NCBI RefSeq assembly: GCF_009914755.1
Contig: NC_060925.1
Origin: the human T2T-CHM13v2.0 reference genome, Homo sapiens
Length of the DNA: 64,000 nucleotides
Reading direction: 5' to 3' (one strand)
Below are positions 61,103-64,000 of the stretch, piece by piece. The notes beneath the pieces were generated by a model that saw only the letters and a program-made list of their open reading frames with translations, was not told the DNA's origin and ran no database searches. How positions within the stretch are numbered: position 1 is the first letter of the stretch; every line of letters begins with the position of its first letter. The position numbers and the translations under genes are program-made.

Positions 61103-61226
61103 GGCCGGGCGCGGCGGCTCACGCCTGTAATCCCAGCACTTTGGGAGGCCGAGGCGGGCAGATCACGAGGTCAGGAGATTGAGACCATCCTGGCCAACAC
61201 GGTGAAACCCCGTCTCTACTAAAATA

Positions 61227-61261
<35 letters not shown>

Positions 61262-61438
61262 AAACCAGGCATGGTGGTGTGTGCCTGTAGTCCCAGCTAC
61301 GCGGGAGGCTGAGGCAGGGGAAATCACTTGAACCCGGGAGGCGGAGGTTGCAGTGAGCCAAGAGCCAAGATCACGCCACTGCACTCCAGCCTGGCGACTG
61401 AGCGTGATTCTGTCTCAAAAAAAAAAAAAAAAAAAAAA
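61103..61438 (+). mobile_element. AluSc with expanded central A-tract
   Basis: CCTGGCGAC; degenerate TSD TCAGTAA(C/G)AAA. Confidence 0.95.
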
Positions 61439-61709
61439 TCAGTAAGAAATATGTGCAGGTAAAGAAAGGTAATTTTAATGTTGTTGGGAGGCTAGAACAT
61501 GCATCTCATAAGCACCAGGTGTATTGACTTTCACAAGCGTTGAAAGAGATGTTTTTCAGTTGTATCTTAATCATGTGGTATACTTCCTGAATTATATGTA
61601 GTATATAGGTAGATTCCACATATGTAGTGGTAGTACAACTTTTAATAGTCTTATTTCAAAAACAAACAAAAAACATTGTTTTCTGTCTTTCGATTTAGGA
61701 TGTATTTCT

Positions 61710-61930
61710 TTTTAAATTTTTATTTCTACATTTTAATTGATACATTGTAATTGTATATCATTATGGGGTACCATTTGATGTTTTGAAACATATCTGTGTT
61801 GTATGATGACCCAATCAAAGTAGTTAGTGTATCACTTTATGCACTTGTCATTTCCTTGTAGAGAACCTTAAAAAGCCTGTATTGTAGCTGTTTTGTAGTA
61901 TATAATATTTTCCTGTTAACCATAGAGACC
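61710..61930 (-). mobile_element. L1MA 3' end
   Basis: TTTTAATTGATACA..TAATTGTATA..TTATGGGGTAC...TGTTAACCATAG. Confidence 0.8.
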
Positions 61931-62239
61931 CTCCTTAAAAAAATAGTATATCTTTTTTAAAGCAAGACTTATGATTGGACTCATCAGGGTTTTATGAGTT
62001 TTCAAGAAGCCTTTCTAATCCAAGTCAATTCCTCTTGTATTAGTTCCAATAATTGTTTTCTTTCTACTTCTACTACTATTTGTGCAGAGTGTGAATCATG
62101 CTGTATATTATTCCTCTAGGGTCCCCTAGCGAATCATACTTCTTACCTAGTAAGAAGTATGGTCCCCAGTGAGAGCTTGATAAGGGCTTGTGCATTTGTC
62201 TTGACCTCTTAAAATAGTGCCCTACAACTATTCAAAGAA

Positions 62240-62481
62240 GATTAATCTAACCAGCCCACTGAAAGATGAGAGACTGCGAGGAAAACTGAGGTGCTCCATT
62301 CACTAGCCAGAATTAAGAACAGTTGCAGCTGTGGGTATGATCGTAGGTGAGAAGAGCAAAAGAGCTCTCCAGTGAAGCCCAGCCTTAAATGCTGATTTTC
62401 AGAACTGTGAGTAAATAAATGTTACTTGAAGTCAGTACATTTTGGCGTGGTTTGTTGCACCTCAGTTGATAACTGATGCAC
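62240..62481 (+). mobile_element. Old MLT1 (H/J-like) LTR fragment
   Basis: CAGAACTGTGAGTAAATAAATG...TTTTGG.GTGGTTTGTT...GATAACTGATGCA. Confidence 0.65.
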
Positions 62482-63454
62482 ACCCCTGTTTCGTAACATG
62501 ATTTTTATCTTTCACATCCACCTCTCTAGCTGAATAGCCAGACTATACAGCTAATTTCCTTTCTTGACTCATAACGGAAGAAGATTGAAGGCGCATATGT
62601 TGGGAAAGAGAAGATTTAGTGTAAGTAGCAGCATGACAAAAAGCCTGAGTCATACACAACCTCATAAGATCAGGGACATTTAAAAATCAGGTAATGAGCT
62701 GTAGGGGATATTAATCTAAAAATCCATGGAGCACAAATCCTGTGTAGCTCTTACTACATCACCTTAGTTAAAAAGATTTTTACTTAATCTCTAAGTGAAT
62801 AAATTATATTTAAATCCCCCTTTCCTCTCACTTAAATATTTCTATTCAGTAGACTCACACCGTGGATTCTTAGCTGATTTCTGCTTCATGCTTCAAATTT
62901 AATTTGTTATTTACATGTGCAAATTGGTTTTGCATAGATATGGTAAGCCATATCTGCTTATGAAATGTTAAATTTTAAGAAATAGGCATCTTAAAACATT
63001 CTCTCATATTAAGTTTTCATCTTCCGTCATTCTGCATATTGCAGACATCTGATCAGACTAAATCAGCAATAATTAGGCAGTATTTACAATTAAGCCAAGC
63101 TTAGAACATTGGCATATGGCTTGTGAGATCAGGTGGCTTTGTGTAGGATTTTTTGCTTGGTTTATTAAGAAGTAATCGTGTATACCTATTCGTATCACAA
63201 AACCTCTGAAAATATTTTAAACCATCAAAAGAAATTATTGCTGCTTTTTCTTTCCCATCTTTTTATATTTCCCTTAAAGCTCCTGATAGAAATGAGTAGA
63301 AAGAAACTATTTTATTTAGAATAAAAAAACTCTAGGTTAGTATTTGAGACTCTGGCCTAATTTTCTCTAATAGCTTATCACTCGGTCATTGTGGCTTTGT
63401 GATTTGGAAGGAAAACTATCTAGAATAGGTGTCAGCATGCATTAATGCAGACAT

Positions 63455-63577
63455 ATTCATTCATTCAACAAATTATTTTGAATGTCTACTACATCTCAGC
63501 ATTGTTCTATGTCCCACAGATACAGCATTGAACAAAATGGGCTAAGCCTCTAATCTTTTGGAGCTTATATTCTAATT
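63455..63577 (-). mobile_element. L2 3' end
   Basis: ATTCATTCATTCAACAAAT...CTACTAC...GGAGCTTATATTCTA. Confidence 0.8.
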
Positions 63578-64000
63578 GTTGTTTTAATACCTCCAACCCA
63601 AATTTAGTTGGATGTTGAGACTGATGATCCCTATATACACACCAAGAGGATATAAAAGATTACTCATGTATCGAGGCTTTCAGGGTGGAGTGCAGGATAG
63701 GCATCCAAGCTGATAGAAAATAACTTAAACATAGAGAAGAAAACATCACTAGTATTTACTGTGGTTGGGGGTGTGTCTGGGGTGAGGGTTTCCCCTGCAA
63801 CAGTCTGTTGGTTACTCAGTTTCGACTTCCCCCGTCTCCAGAGAGGGAGCACAATGACTTTCTTACTTGCTTGCCCAGAAGGGGGACAAGAAGGGAGGAG
63901 AGCGGGATGGGGTATAAAAGCTGTCAGATGTAAAACATCAGAAGTAGCGTTAGTTCCATTAAAGTTCATGTTTGATATTTAGTTGATTACCAAAATGTGT

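Overview
AT-rich primate genomic DNA, human or a close ape judging by the AluY/AluYd, THE1 and MST elements. It looks like intergenic or deep-intronic sequence. I found no recognisable protein-coding gene or RNA gene; most long ORFs in the track come from Alu, MaLR, L1 or ERVL sequence, and the rest are unrecognisable. Contents: about 20 Alu/FLAM copies, a full-length THE1A inside a four-level nest (Tigger3 > inverted L1PB > THE1A > AluSc), several MaLR/ERV solo LTRs, a deleted ERVL provirus with protease and pol motifs, old L1M/L2/MIR fragments, and micro- and minisatellites. The most notable unexplained feature is a 1.34-kb non-repeat segment (56547-57887). It ends in AATAAA plus A30 and is flanked by a perfect 20-bp target-site duplication at an L1-endonuclease site, so it appears to be a young retrocopy of a cellular transcript 3' end, probably 5'-inverted. 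Also notable: a ~100-bp templated insertion copied from 2 kb upstream, a palindromic AT-rich minisatellite, and two promoter-like motif clusters. Subfamily names come from recalled consensus features, not from a database search, and boundaries of old repeats are approximate.
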